Source: a virus (lineage: Duplodnaviria > Caudoviricetes). From it: DNA of 64,000 nucleotides. A program made the translations under genes and the position numbers. The notes beneath the pieces were generated by a model. It was not told the origin of the DNA. It made no database searches and worked only from the letters and a program-made list of their open reading frames with translations. Location of the stretch: IMG/VR virus record IMGVR_UViG_3300017963_000282, positions 41 through 64,040 of that record. The stretch is one strand, 5' to 3'. Below, one piece after another: positions 37,319 to 47,540 of this stretch (position 1 is its first letter; the number at the start of each line of letters is the position of its first letter).

Positions 37319-39073
37319 TTAATCGGATAGATCAGCCTTAAATTTGACTGAAATAAAATTTCTAATTTGATCGGATACTTGTAAGGAGGCGGGGAGCGTA
37401 ATTCTAACTTGACCTGAATTTTGTGTCACTCCACCACCGGGCCAGGCTCCAAAACCTCCGCCAGTATCTACCTCAAACTGGGCAGCATCATCTACTGAAT
37501 TGATGCTATCCGAAATAATTCGAATATCAATTTCTCCAAATGTTCGTAATCCAGAGACTTCAATCACACCTCCGGGAGCATTAGTATCATTAACAGCATC
37601 CGTTAATACAAATCTCCAATATCGAGCACGTATATTTATATCTGGTCCAGAAGGAATATCAGTTGGTAAATTTCCAGGAATTGCTGCACCCAGACCGATT
37701 AAATCAACTGGATAATCTGAATATTCTAATGTACCCTGTAATAAACTAGCACCGGAAAATGGACTCGTATTTGAATATATATCTACGTTTGTTACTTCAC
37801 TATATGAATCAGAAATAACTTTAGATTGAATAGCAAATGATTTAACCGTATATGTTTTTCCCAGATCCACATCTAAAATTACTGGAAAATTTACGGTTTG
37901 TTCAAAAGATAAATAATCATTTTGGCTACTTCCATATGCATATCCATCAAAAGAAGCGGAATTTCCGTTCTTGATAAGATTATAATTATTATCTGCATTA
38001 TAATTATGTTGTGCCGGTGTAAATTGTAAGTCTCGTAAAGCAGATAATCCCGCATTGGCTAATATGGAAGATCCACCAATCTCCAAAATACATTCCAAAT
38101 CATCATCTTCTGACACAGTTCCAGTCTGACCCGCAGCTCCACCATCAACATCAAATCCGATAGTATCCCCAGTAGTCACGCTGTTTGCTGCCACAAATGC
38201 CTTTTTAATAGTCATTCTATAAAAACTGGCCACACTATTTGATGGGATTTCGACATAATAATCCCCAGTAGTTCCCCCTGAGCGATCCGGGATGCCAGTA
38301 TCTTCGGTCATAGCCACTGGACCAGTTTTAACACTAGCCGGGTCCCAAACAACATTTGATAGTCCAGTGATACCTGGTGCATGAGCAGATAAATCCACAT
38401 AAAGCAATGAGTCGGGAATATCAACTATAATTTCCTGAGCAGCATTGATTGTCCCACCCATTCCGGGTTGATAAATATCCGGAGCTTCTGGTAATGAAGA
38501 ATCGGCATACATTTGAAGATTATTAACATAAGAAGTAAGCGCACCACCACCGGAATTAGTATTTCCTATTTCTAAATCCCCAACAAAAGATCGTGCCGGC
38601 AAAACGAGAGTCAACATATTATCTAAATACAATTGCACATCAAAGGTGCTTCTAATGATTTTAATTTCGGCTACGCCACTAAAAATTGCAGAACTAATTC
38701 GGACAATATGTTTATTTAAACTATCATAACAACTAACATAATTACATCCCCGCCAACCTTCTTCCTCTTCATGATACACATAACTAGTACCTGTTCTATT
38801 ACAAACAAAATAATATCCAAATGCGCGAATATAAAATAAATGCCAAAAACTAAATGGATATGCTGTTGGAAAGGGATCAGCGTCAATAATAATTATACCA
38901 CTCGTTTTAATAGAGTCAGCTTTGGTAAGAGCTTGTTTATCATTATAGGAAGCTTGAATCTCTACCCTATCATCAGTGCCATTATATGTAACACCACTCG
39001 TAATTTTATAAGCCGGATCACTGGTTGGATCGGTAGAAAAATCATCATTCCATTTTGGTAAAGGAACGCCCAT
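37319..39073 (-). CDS. Putative receptor-binding/appendage protein, paralog A (discoidin-like insert)
   Basis: Shares blocks with 39084..40850; ILDVDLGKTY.V...ARYWRFV resembles an F5/8 type C domain. Confidence 0.6.
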   Translation of the reverse strand: MGVPLPKWNDDFSTDPTSDPAYKITSGVTYNGTDDRVEIQASYNDKQALTKADSIKTSGIIIIDADPFPTAYPFSFWHLFYIRAFGYYFVCNRTGTSYVYHEEEEGWRGCNYVSCYDSLNKHIVRISSAIFSGVAEIKIIRSTFDVQLYLDNMLTLVLPARSFVGDLEIGNTNSGGGALTSYVNNLQMYADSSLPEAPDIYQPGMGGTINAAQEIIVDIPDSLLYVDLSAHAPGITGLSNVVWDPASVKTGPVAMTEDTGIPDRSGGTTGDYYVEIPSNSVASFYRMTIKKAFVAANSVTTGDTIGFDVDGGAAGQTGTVSEDDDLECILEIGGSSILANAGLSALRDLQFTPAQHNYNADNNYNLIKNGNSASFDGYAYGSSQNDYLSFEQTVNFPVILDVDLGKTYTVKSFAIQSKVISDSYSEVTNVDIYSNTSPFSGASLLQGTLEYSDYPVDLIGLGAAIPGNLPTDIPSGPDINIRARYWRFVLTDAVNDTNAPGGVIEVSGLRTFGEIDIRIISDSINSVDDAAQFEVDTGGGFGAWPGGGVTQNSGQVRITLPASLQVSDQIRNFISVKFKADLSD

Positions 39074-39083
39074 TTATTTATCC

Positions 39084-40850
39084 TTAATCGGTTATATCAG
39101 GTTTAAATTTAATACTAAAGAAATTATTTGCTTCCCCAGAAGCTACTTCCATATTTGTTGGCAAGGTAATTCTAACTTTACCATCCCCTTGGGTAACTCC
39201 GGCGCCCGGAAATGCACCAAATCCTCCGCCAATGGCGGGTTCATGTTCAAATTGAGCATTATCATTTACGGAATCTATTTCTAAAATATTGGTACCAAAG
39301 AAATATAATTGATTAAAACAATATACTGTTGGTTGATCCCCATACAATATATTATCATTATTAACTACTAATCTAAGATATCGAGTAGTAAGCGAAAATT
39401 CGGGGACTAATCCAGATAAATATGGCCCCAATGTGGTAACACCCGAATGTTGAGCATTTACTGGATGATTGTCTACTTCTAAAGTACCCTGAGCCAAACT
39501 AGAGCCTACAAAAGGTACCGTATTAGAATAAATATCCATGCTAGTAATAGTACCCCCCACTAAACTACCATTTCGTGGGCCTTTTAAATTAGTCAAATTC
39601 CAAATTGTACCCAAATCAATATCAATAATAATTGGTAATGAATGTCCACTAGTATATTGAACCTGAGTACTACCATACTGATCGTCAAACAGATTAGCAA
39701 GTGGCCGCCCGGTAATATATGGATTATTGCCATCAGCATTTATATTGTGTAGAGCAAAATTGTCAGCGTTAGGTAGAATAAGATTATTGGAAGGTCTTTC
39801 ATCTATGTAATTCTGTAATCCGCTGGTGCCAAAATTAAAACCATCATTGAAAGACTGGAATCTGGATTTATCTACATAGCAATGTAAATCATCTTCTTCC
39901 TTAACTAAAGCTGTCTGTCCGGCAGGACCACCTACCACATCAAATCCAATGGTGTCGCCAACAGCTACACTATTGGTACTCACAAAAGATTCTTTGATAA
40001 CTAACCGATAATCTGATGCGACTTCCCGATTTGGGATTTCCATATAATAATCACCAGTGGTATCACCTGCCCTATCTGGAACACCAGAATTTTCAGACAT
40101 TGCCACTGGTCCCGCTTTTAAACTGGCCGGGTCCCAAACAACATTGGTCAATCCTTCAATCTGCCCAGCATATGAACCCAAATCTAAATAGAGGCGCGAT
40201 TCAGGAATATCTACAATAATTGGCCCATCCACGTCCGTTAGCCCGCTTCCAATTCCAGGCTCTACCAATGTTGGAATTTTAGGCAAGGAGGCATCCGATT
40301 TAATATTTAATGAATGTAAAGCATAGGCGTGGGCAGCCCAAAATCTTCCATAGATAGCCACATCTCTAACTGCCACCACATGGGGTAAAGTTCCCTTATA
40401 AAAATTATCTAAATAAATATCCACGCCATTTGGTGTAGATACCATTCGCAATACATGCCTGCCTGTCGAAGATTCCCCAAAACTGGCCATGGCATCTGCC
40501 CTGGGTGTGCTCCCATCAAAAGAATCTGGATCTTTTTCTTCAGTCCAAGCTCCAAATACACTATAATGATTAGATCCTACTCCTGTAACACCGTATCCAA
40601 TCAAATATCCAAAAGCCCTAAACGCCATGTATTCATCTGGGTAAACACTTGGATCATTATTCCAATAAAAGTCAAATTCGGCTATTCCAAATGAATTATT
40701 ACTATTTAATAATGTAATAGTCCCCAATCCAGATGTGGTATGTTCCATACTATCATCAGTACCATTGTATGTCCAGCTATCTATATCATAAGCTGGATCA
40801 CTAGTTGGATCAGTAGAAAAATCATCATACCATCGTGGTAGTATAGACAT
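39084..40850 (-). CDS. Putative receptor-binding/appendage protein, paralog B (discoidin-like insert)
   Basis: W.DDFSTDPTSDPAY, NVVWDPAS.K.GPVAM, TTGDYY.EIP, IIDIDLG...TRYLRLV. Confidence 0.6.
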   Translation of the reverse strand: MSILPRWYDDFSTDPTSDPAYDIDSWTYNGTDDSMEHTTSGLGTITLLNSNNSFGIAEFDFYWNNDPSVYPDEYMAFRAFGYLIGYGVTGVGSNHYSVFGAWTEEKDPDSFDGSTPRADAMASFGESSTGRHVLRMVSTPNGVDIYLDNFYKGTLPHVVAVRDVAIYGRFWAAHAYALHSLNIKSDASLPKIPTLVEPGIGSGLTDVDGPIIVDIPESRLYLDLGSYAGQIEGLTNVVWDPASLKAGPVAMSENSGVPDRAGDTTGDYYMEIPNREVASDYRLVIKESFVSTNSVAVGDTIGFDVVGGPAGQTALVKEEDDLHCYVDKSRFQSFNDGFNFGTSGLQNYIDERPSNNLILPNADNFALHNINADGNNPYITGRPLANLFDDQYGSTQVQYTSGHSLPIIIDIDLGTIWNLTNLKGPRNGSLVGGTITSMDIYSNTVPFVGSSLAQGTLEVDNHPVNAQHSGVTTLGPYLSGLVPEFSLTTRYLRLVVNNDNILYGDQPTVYCFNQLYFFGTNILEIDSVNDNAQFEHEPAIGGGFGAFPGAGVTQGDGKVRITLPTNMEVASGEANNFFSIKFKPDITD

Positions 40851-40861
40851 TTATTAAACTC

Positions 40862-41557
40862 CTATGAGTTTATTGGATTTGAGATAAAATGGTTGGATTT
40901 ACGTCGATTCTCTGAAATGGGTAAGTATTGTAGATTCCAAGGAACATGAAGCCCTTGAACATCAGGATGGGTTAAAGGAATGATATGGTCAATCTCACAG
41001 CTGGAAGGACAATTCTTATAGAATTCTTCAATTGCTTTTAAATCGATCCATTGAGGAGTAGCTTGTTTTAAAGAAGCTCGTCTTTTAGCTGCATGAAATC
41101 TTCGATTCACGGGATTTTCTTTTGCCCACTTCAAAAATTTGGCAATTTCTATTTCTCGATTTTTCTGATAATATTGCCGTCTACGAGTTAATTCTCTACT
41201 ATGATTTTTTTGATAATAATCTTTAAATTTTTGATTTTCTTGAGCTTTATGGGCATAATAATATCTTTTTCGCTGTTTACGCGCCTGGGCTTTACCTTTT
41301 TCCGAAGTTCGATATCTTCGTTCATACTCCGGATTTTTGGCCCGATACGCACGCATGTCAGCAGTATGTTTAGCTCGATTATTTTGTCGATATGTTTGAA
41401 TTTTCTCTAAATTTTTATTTGCCCATTTTTTAGTATTTAAACGACGACACATTTTACATTGATGTGTAAATCCATCTTTCGTATATTTATCTTTACTAAA
41501 TTCTGATAAAAATTTTATCACACTACATTTAGTACACGACTTTTTCACATTTTTCAA
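40862..41557 (-). CDS. Free-standing HNH homing endonuclease
   Basis: CTKC...CKMC N-terminus; ATPQW; EIDHIIPL...V.GLHVPWNLQYL...ENRRKSN. Confidence 0.9.
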   Translation of the reverse strand: MKNVKKSCTKCSVIKFLSEFSKDKYTKDGFTHQCKMCRRLNTKKWANKNLEKIQTYRQNNRAKHTADMRAYRAKNPEYERRYRTSEKGKAQARKQRKRYYYAHKAQENQKFKDYYQKNHSRELTRRRQYYQKNREIEIAKFLKWAKENPVNRRFHAAKRRASLKQATPQWIDLKAIEEFYKNCPSSCEIDHIIPLTHPDVQGLHVPWNLQYLPISENRRKSNHFISNPINS

Positions 41558-41581
41558 AAACCGTTAAGTATATGAAATCGT

Positions 41582-42055
41582 TTAAAAATTCACTGTCCAC
41601 GTAACGGTAAGTGAATCTGATGCATTAACATTGGCAATCGTCGCAAACAATGCTTCAAAAGCCATGGTTCCGGAGGGAGGGGGTCCAGCAGCATTAAAAA
41701 GTGCGGATTTAGCAACTGCATGAGGTCCGCCCGTAACGCTAAATATTTTTTCAATCGAATAACTTCTAACAGCTGTGGTATGTGAGTAGGTTCCGGACGC
41801 TCTTGATAAACCATCTACCGTTAATTCGCTTGTGAGAGTGGTGTCTGTTGCAAGAGGTGTGGCGGTATCCGTGCTGACAGCCACATAGTTAGCTGGAGAT
41901 CCGGATGCATTTCCGAGCGCGTCAGCTAACCAATCAATACCGGCATTGGTAATAATGTTGGTAGTTTCAACAATTTCCTTTATGCGACCATTCTTATCAC
42001 GTACTGTAAACGCAACATGGTTTTGAAGAGGACTTCTAAGTTCTTCAGAGAACAT
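41582..42055 (-). CDS. Putative fibre-attachment structural protein
   Basis: NIITNAGIDWL...YVAV.T....P..TDTTL.SEL...ALFNAA...GTM...V...DSLTVTWT, a pattern typical of fibre N-terminal/collar proteins. Confidence 0.6.
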   Translation of the reverse strand: MFSEELRSPLQNHVAFTVRDKNGRIKEIVETTNIITNAGIDWLADALGNASGSPANYVAVSTDTATPLATDTTLTSELTVDGLSRASGTYSHTTAVRSYSIEKIFSVTGGPHAVAKSALFNAAGPPPSGTMAFEALFATIANVNASDSLTVTWTVNF

Positions 42056-42074
42056 TTATGTAATCTCCTTTAAA

Positions 42075-44521
42075 TTATAGTAAGCCGGCTGCGGCCAATT
42101 CTTCATTGATAGCTCGTTGGTCTACCTCAAAAGTAAGATCAATAAATTCAGCAGGATATAGAGGAGCCATACCAACTCTAACCACTAACCGTCCAGTTCG
42201 TCGTAAAGTTGGAGGATTGTTAGATTCATCTACAATCACAAAAAAGGCATCAGCTGGTTGTTCTCCAAAAAGACCTCCATCTTGCCATAACAATTTCAGA
42301 AAAGCATTGATGCTGGCCCGGATGGCTCTCCAGGTAGCCGGTCCGTTTGGTTCATGTTTTGCAAATTTAATACCTTCTTGAATAGATTCTTCAGCAAAAA
42401 GGAATAATCGGCGGATTGGGATAGAACTCCAAGATGAGGATAATTGCCCTAATGTGCGACCCCCATCAATATAAATGCCAATTCCAGCTTCATCTACAAT
42501 CGGATTGATTCGTGCCGGATATAGGGCATCCCGTTCTCCCCGAGACGTATTGTAAACAACGCCCAAGGCTCCAAATAATTTACCATCATTGATTCCCGCA
42601 GGAGATTTCCAAACACCCCGTTTAAAATCAGTCCTAGCATACGCGCCAGCGGCAAAACCAGAAGGAGGAACAGCTGTTCTAGCACCCGTTTGGGGATGGG
42701 AAACAATGATCCAGTAATCATAAATTGCCCCATAAGTAGAATTTAGTGCGGCTTCATCGCGGATAAAATCCAAGAGATCCTGCGGTCTTTCACTCTTGTT
42801 GTCCCCGGTGGAATCCAGAATCGCAATCAAATCAGCCCTAGATTCACAGTAATTCAGCATAGCTTGCAAAACAGCTTCAGTATTGATTCCAGGAACACAT
42901 AAAATATTCACATCATCAATCGCGTCAAAGGCGTATAATCCGGTTTGACCTGCTGAAGTACCAATATAATCCTGATCGCCAACTCCGGTTACATCATAAG
43001 CTCCACCAGAAAGTGCCGTCAAAATGATTGCGCGAGGTCTATCATTGGGGGCGGTAGAACCCGAATTTTGATCGGCCACAGTAATATATTCAGACTTTGG
43101 ATCATCTGTCGTGCCAACAATTGTTTCCACATAGCGGGCATCAGATGTATCCATAGTTAGATTATCATAAATTTCAACCACATTGCCCGCATAAGAAACC
43201 AACATGCTGAAATACTTAGATTGTGGTAAAACGTGTTCAGCAGTAGGATAATCAGATGCATAATTGGTGGTAATGCGAGCTCGGAGCCAATAGAATGTTT
43301 CCGTATTGACCGAATTCTTTGCCCAATCAGTGGGCATATCAAAACCAATGATTCCGCTAGCTTGCATATGTTGGGCATCAGTAATCGTTTCAGTAGATTG
43401 CTAACCGGTGTCCAAATACTACCGTTCCAGTATTCCCATTGCAATTGACCTGTTGCATCACCTGCTTGAGCTAAATATATTTCGACAAAATTGAATTTTT
43501 CTGTGGCGCCAATATACATAGCATCATCTAGTGCAGTAGCAGCTGCGGTTTCCAAAGAAGCATCAGAAACCACTGTAAAAGGCCCAAATGGTCTGTCTTC
43601 TCCAATAGTTGTACGACTAATTTGAGCAGGGGTGGTATAAAGCGTGGTAATCAAAAAACGGACATAATAACCAGAAACGCTATTTACTTCCAATTGTGTC
43701 CAATCGCCAGGAGCCGACCATTCAATCAGCAAATTGTCTGCGGCCACTGCCGTAAACTCAGTCGTATTATCCGTAGCTGGAGTAAACTCTACCCAAGACG
43801 TACCATTATAATATTCCCAGCGTCCTGCACCAGCAATACCCGCCACATCCAAATCAAAATACAACTTTTCAAAAGTTTTTTCCTTAGAACCAAAATACAT
43901 GGCATCACCAACATTTGCAGGAATAGCAAACGCGGCACCACCACCAGGAGTTCTCAGGACTGCGGTACGATCCGTAAATACTGAAGACTCTTCAGTAAAT
44001 GCGGCTAGCAAACCAGGAGTTCTTGCGGGGGCAGAATTAGCTGTAAAAACCCCACCATCATTTCCAAGAACCCGATTAAAAGATCCAATTTGGTTACTTG
44101 CCAATCCAATGGAAACTTTTAAGTCATCTCCCCATTCACCTTCATTTAAAGCTTCTGCTAAAATAGTATTCACACCAGCTCCAGCAGAACGATCCTTTAA
44201 ATAAAGAGAAGCTTTCTGATTAGCCGTGGTATTCAATTGGCCAGTAGTGGTATCATCATAATCTGCGGTTCTGACTACCCAACAAGCCGTTCCGCCGTTA
44301 AGGAAAAATCCCCATACGGCAAAAGTCAAATAACTATAATCTGTGAATCCGCCAAAAACTCTGGTATATTGTTCAAATGAAGTGATTAACTGTGGTTCAC
44401 CAATCGGTCCCCGTTCAGCCAATCCAAGAAAAGCACTGGTCGAAGTCCCAACGCCAATAATAGCGCGGCCATCATTTTCAACTTCTCGAACAAAAACTCC
44501 AGGACTTAAAAAACTGGCCAT
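42075..44521 (-). CDS. Contractile tail sheath protein, interrupted by one frameshift near 43394 (track ORFs 43157..44521 and 42075..43367)
   Basis: N-part MASFLSPGVFVREV...FLGLAERGP...FFLNGG..CWVVR; C-part VPPSG..AG..ARTD..RGVWKSPAG, INPI, RRLF, EPN, P..PAEFI. Adding one base joins them into ~815 aa. Confidence 0.9.
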
Positions 44522-44559
44522 TTGTTATAGCCCCCTTAAAATGAAATCGAAAAAAATCA

Positions 44560-44997
44560 TTATTTATTTTTAGTAGGATTACCCTTAGTAATTGTTAATT
44601 TCGTTCGCTTCGTATGTTTCTTGGTGACTTTTCGTTTCTTTTCACCCTTCAACATCGGTTTTTCTTCTCCAAAGGCTAATGTCGCGGCTACGGATTTAGA
44701 TTGTGTCGTCGGATCATGTTTAGGCTTAAATTTTGGATCAGAAAAATCATAATCTTGTTTTTTAGATTTTTTTCGATTGGACGGTTTGGATTTTTTCTTA
44801 GCTTGTTCCAATTCATCATCCAATCGAATATTGCTGAAAAGATGCGGATTCAAACCTCTTAATCTAACCAATTTTCCGGTTTGATAATAATCTTGTTCTG
44901 AAATTTCAACATCTTTTTGTTTTGGTTTTAAATAAAGGGAAAGACCACTTTGAAGAGTTAAATTTAAAGGTCTATTTCCATTATAATCAATTAGCAT
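44560..44997 (-). CDS. Hypothetical basic protein upstream of the sheath
   Basis: GAGGAG RBS; Lys-rich C-terminus. Confidence 0.6.
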   Translation of the reverse strand: MLIDYNGNRPLNLTLQSGLSLYLKPKQKDVEISEQDYYQTGKLVRLRGLNPHLFSNIRLDDELEQAKKKSKPSNRKKSKKQDYDFSDPKFKPKHDPTTQSKSVAATLAFGEEKPMLKGEKKRKVTKKHTKRTKLTITKGNPTKNK

Positions 44998-45014
44998 AGC
45001 TACTCCTCTCTTTC

Positions 45015-45686
45015 TTAAATTTCAATTTCCTCAATAATAAATTCCTCTGGTGTGGTATCATTTGGATCGGAATTGCTTTGGGCTTCAACTGAGATATCTG
45101 TAATAGCATATTGAATTTCTGCATCTTTACAACTATCGGCATAAATATAACCGATGATACCCAATGTCCAAGTTCGTATAAAAATACCAAAATCTTCATT
45201 ATCTCCAAATGTATATCCGCGTCTAAATAAACTTAAATTTTGATCTTTAACCCGCAACATTCTATGTTTTGGTGGAAATATTTTGTCTAATTGAAATTGT
45301 AATTCAGTCATATCATCCCAATGTTGTGTCCTAGCTATAATCGTATAAGTAAATTCTGCTGGTTCTGGGCCTTCTCGAACTGAATATTTTACCGGATTTC
45401 CATCAGCATCCCAAGCAATTGGTTGTGCGGCACGGCATTGTTTCCAATAAACTCCGGGCGCTGCTGCCAAACCAGTAAAAGCTATTTCCACCATTCCAAG
45501 TGGTGTCGCATCCGGAACCAACTTAGAATCTCTTGTCCGAAAAAAAATAGGTACAATAAATTTTGAGCCGTCTCCCCTTTTTAGCAACAATTTCTGCTTT
45601 AATAAATCATCTAAAGCTTTATTGATATCCTTTACAGTAATATCATCACTAAAAGGTCTGTTTTCTGCTTTTGATTTACTGTGCAT
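45015..45686 (-). CDS. Putative tail terminator/completion protein
   Basis: Position between neck genes and sheath; P.P.EFTYTI pattern. Inference. Confidence 0.6.
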   Translation of the reverse strand: MHSKSKAENRPFSDDITVKDINKALDDLLKQKLLLKRGDGSKFIVPIFFRTRDSKLVPDATPLGMVEIAFTGLAAAPGVYWKQCRAAQPIAWDADGNPVKYSVREGPEPAEFTYTIIARTQHWDDMTELQFQLDKIFPPKHRMLRVKDQNLSLFRRGYTFGDNEDFGIFIRTWTLGIIGYIYADSCKDAEIQYAITDISVEAQSNSDPNDTTPEEFIIEEIEI

Positions 45687-46188
45687 CGGTGGCTCCCAAT
45701 TTTATTAAACCGTCTTTTAAAACTTTTTTAAATGTTTTCAATAACTTAGGCGGCCTAGAAATCCAAATATCTCTCCAAAGAGGATGATCTGATTCCAAAG
45801 TTTTTGCAATCTCCTCTAAGCTACCAGAAGTACGCCGGCCACGAATATCATAAGCTGGGGTACCTTGAAAAACACCCACCAATGCCCCCCCACGGGGTTT
45901 TAATTCGGCAATCCTTATATTCTCATAATAAGAACGGCTATCACCTCTACCAAATCTTTGTAAATCTTCTGTTCGTAATCCCAAGCTGGATTTATATTTT
46001 TTCCACTTGTCTGAAAATGTGCCGGGCACTTGATTCTTTGTAGAACGTCTGCGCCATTCTTCTCTAATATCCTTTGCTTCTTTTAAAGCCGCTTTTTGAG
46101 CAGCTTCATATACTGTCGCAACTACTTGACCAAAAAAAAGTTGTAAATTTTCAAGTTTTTTTTGATCCACCTCAATTCGGATGGCCAT
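45676..46188 (-). CDS. Putative neck / tail completion protein
   Basis: Basic 170 aa in the head-tail region; EIAKTLE...PLWR end. Confidence 0.55.
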   Translation of the reverse strand: MAIRIEVDQKKLENLQLFFGQVVATVYEAAQKAALKEAKDIREEWRRRSTKNQVPGTFSDKWKKYKSSLGLRTEDLQRFGRGDSRSYYENIRIAELKPRGGALVGVFQGTPAYDIRGRRTSGSLEEIAKTLESDHPLWRDIWISRPPKLLKTFKKVLKDGLIKLGATDAQ

Positions 46189-46646
46189 TATTTAGGCACT
46201 CGCGTAACTTGATCTGGAGCCTGATAATCTTGATGCAGCCAACGTTTTCTGGTAAATCGAGAAGTCGTTGAAGATAATCCTTGTCTTCCGGTTCTGCTCT
46301 TTTTTAATTCCGCTATAATTTCTTTAGCATCATCTTTATAGTCTTTTACCCATTGATTTTGCTCACCTCTTTCACCACGAATCACTCCCCGCAAAATCAA
46401 ATATGCCCCATAAGTAGCTTCCAAGAGGATTTTATCATTATCCTTTGCAAAAGTGGCTAATTTTGCTCTTTCTAGTTGATTATCCACCCAGCCCTTTGCC
46501 TTTTTCCTACATCTAGTAATATATGTTTTAATTTGATTTGGATCATCACCAAAAAAAGCTCTAACATAATCTTCTATTTTAGGAACTATATCCCGAATGT
46601 CATCATTCGTGGCGTATGTTTCCACTTTAACCGTTCGTCTAGGCAA
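46188..46646 (-). CDS. Putative head-tail adaptor
   Basis: YAT.DDIR...A..WVD..L...AYLIL pattern typical of helical adaptors; TTG start. Confidence 0.6.
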   Translation of the reverse strand: MPRRTVKVETYATNDDIRDIVPKIEDYVRAFFGDDPNQIKTYITRCRKKAKGWVDNQLERAKLATFAKDNDKILLEATYGAYLILRGVIRGERGEQNQWVKDYKDDAKEIIAELKKSRTGRQGLSSTTSRFTRKRWLHQDYQAPDQVTRVPK

Positions 46647-46663
46647 TTTCTAAACCCCCAAAA

Positions 46664-47050
46664 TTATTTAGATTTTTTGGCTGGTTTAGCTACTTCTTCT
46701 TCGGCTTCCAATTCATCCAGAGCTTCATTTTTTTCTTTGGGCAATTCCATCTTCGGCTCAGGATCAACAGGTTTTTCTTTCTTTACTTTGGGGGCTTCCT
46801 TTACAGGTTCCGCCAAATCTTTAATGTAGGTATATACTTTTGGATTTTGTTCTTTTACATAATCCAATGAAATTTTATATACCTCTTTGATAGTTTTATA
46901 GACATATTCAGGCGCTAATTTTTTATCCATTTGCGCCTGAGCCTTCCGAAGAAGCTTATCCCAGCGTTTTTCATATATCCTTCTGGCACTACGTTGCACC
47001 TCAGTCTCTTGTGGTCTGAGTCTTAAAAGTCCCATAACACTTCCTTCCAC
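46664..47050 (-). CDS. Hypothetical protein, charged C-terminus
   Basis: ORF after the capsid gene. Confidence 0.55.
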   Translation of the reverse strand: MEGSVMGLLRLRPQETEVQRSARRIYEKRWDKLLRKAQAQMDKKLAPEYVYKTIKEVYKISLDYVKEQNPKVYTYIKDLAEPVKEAPKVKKEKPVDPEPKMELPKEKNEALDELEAEEEVAKPAKKSK

Positions 47051-47062
47051 TAAAAGTTAAAA

Positions 47063-47401
47063 TTATAGATGATACGACACGCCATCCATACTTAAATAAG
47101 TGGCTGCCGTCATAGAGAAAATTTCCACATCTCCAGTGGCTTCGACTTCAATATTTGGATGAGCATCTGTAGAATCGGAATGCACAGCAATTTTTCGTTG
47201 AGCCGAAGGCCGGGCAATAGCTGCAAGATTGGTCAAAACTGTCGTATCTGCCAATGTGCCTGGAGTTAATTGGCCACGAAAATGCACAATACCATCCTTT
47301 ATACGATATTCCAGCGTGCCAGTCCAGCTATTTTGTAGTGTTAAAGTTCTCCAACCGCTATCTGGCCTATCTGCAATATATCGTTGATCTTCATTCGCCA
47401 T
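47063..47401 (-). CDS. Small beta-rich virion protein (stand-alone fibre-head-like domain)
   Basis: DSGW..LTL.N.W....YR...GIVH.RG...L....RPS; GGAG RBS. Confidence 0.6.
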   Translation of the reverse strand: MANEDQRYIADRPDSGWRTLTLQNSWTGTLEYRIKDGIVHFRGQLTPGTLADTTVLTNLAAIARPSAQRKIAVHSDSTDAHPNIEVEATGDVEIFSMTAATYLSMDGVSYHL

Positions 47402-47438
47402 TTTAGATTCATCTCCTATAAATTAGATTTTACCCAAT

Positions 47439-47487
47439 AAAATAAAAGGGGTTGGGGCCTAAAATAGATAAGCCTACCAACCCCCTT
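47439..47487 (-). terminator. Intrinsic terminator after the major capsid gene
   Basis: Minus strand GGGGUUGG...CCAACCCC stem followed by UUUUAUUUU. Confidence 0.75.
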
Positions 47488-47540
47488 GTAGTAAAAAGGA
47501 ACCCATAGCAACCTATAATATCCTCAGCAACTAATTCAAA

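Noticed and set aside
37319-40850. Diversity-generating retroelement template/variable repeat pair
   Set aside because: Both copies are full coding paralogs, differences are not confined to adenines, and no reverse transcriptase is in the window.
43380-43410. Programmed frameshift in the sheath gene as a firm call
   Set aside because: No slippery heptamer; a one-base sequence error is the simpler explanation until reads are checked.
22116-45686. Bacterial eCIS, tailocin or T6SS locus
   Set aside because: Contiguous with capsid, scaffold and phage replication genes; no Afp15-type AAA ATPase or T6SS membrane complex seen.
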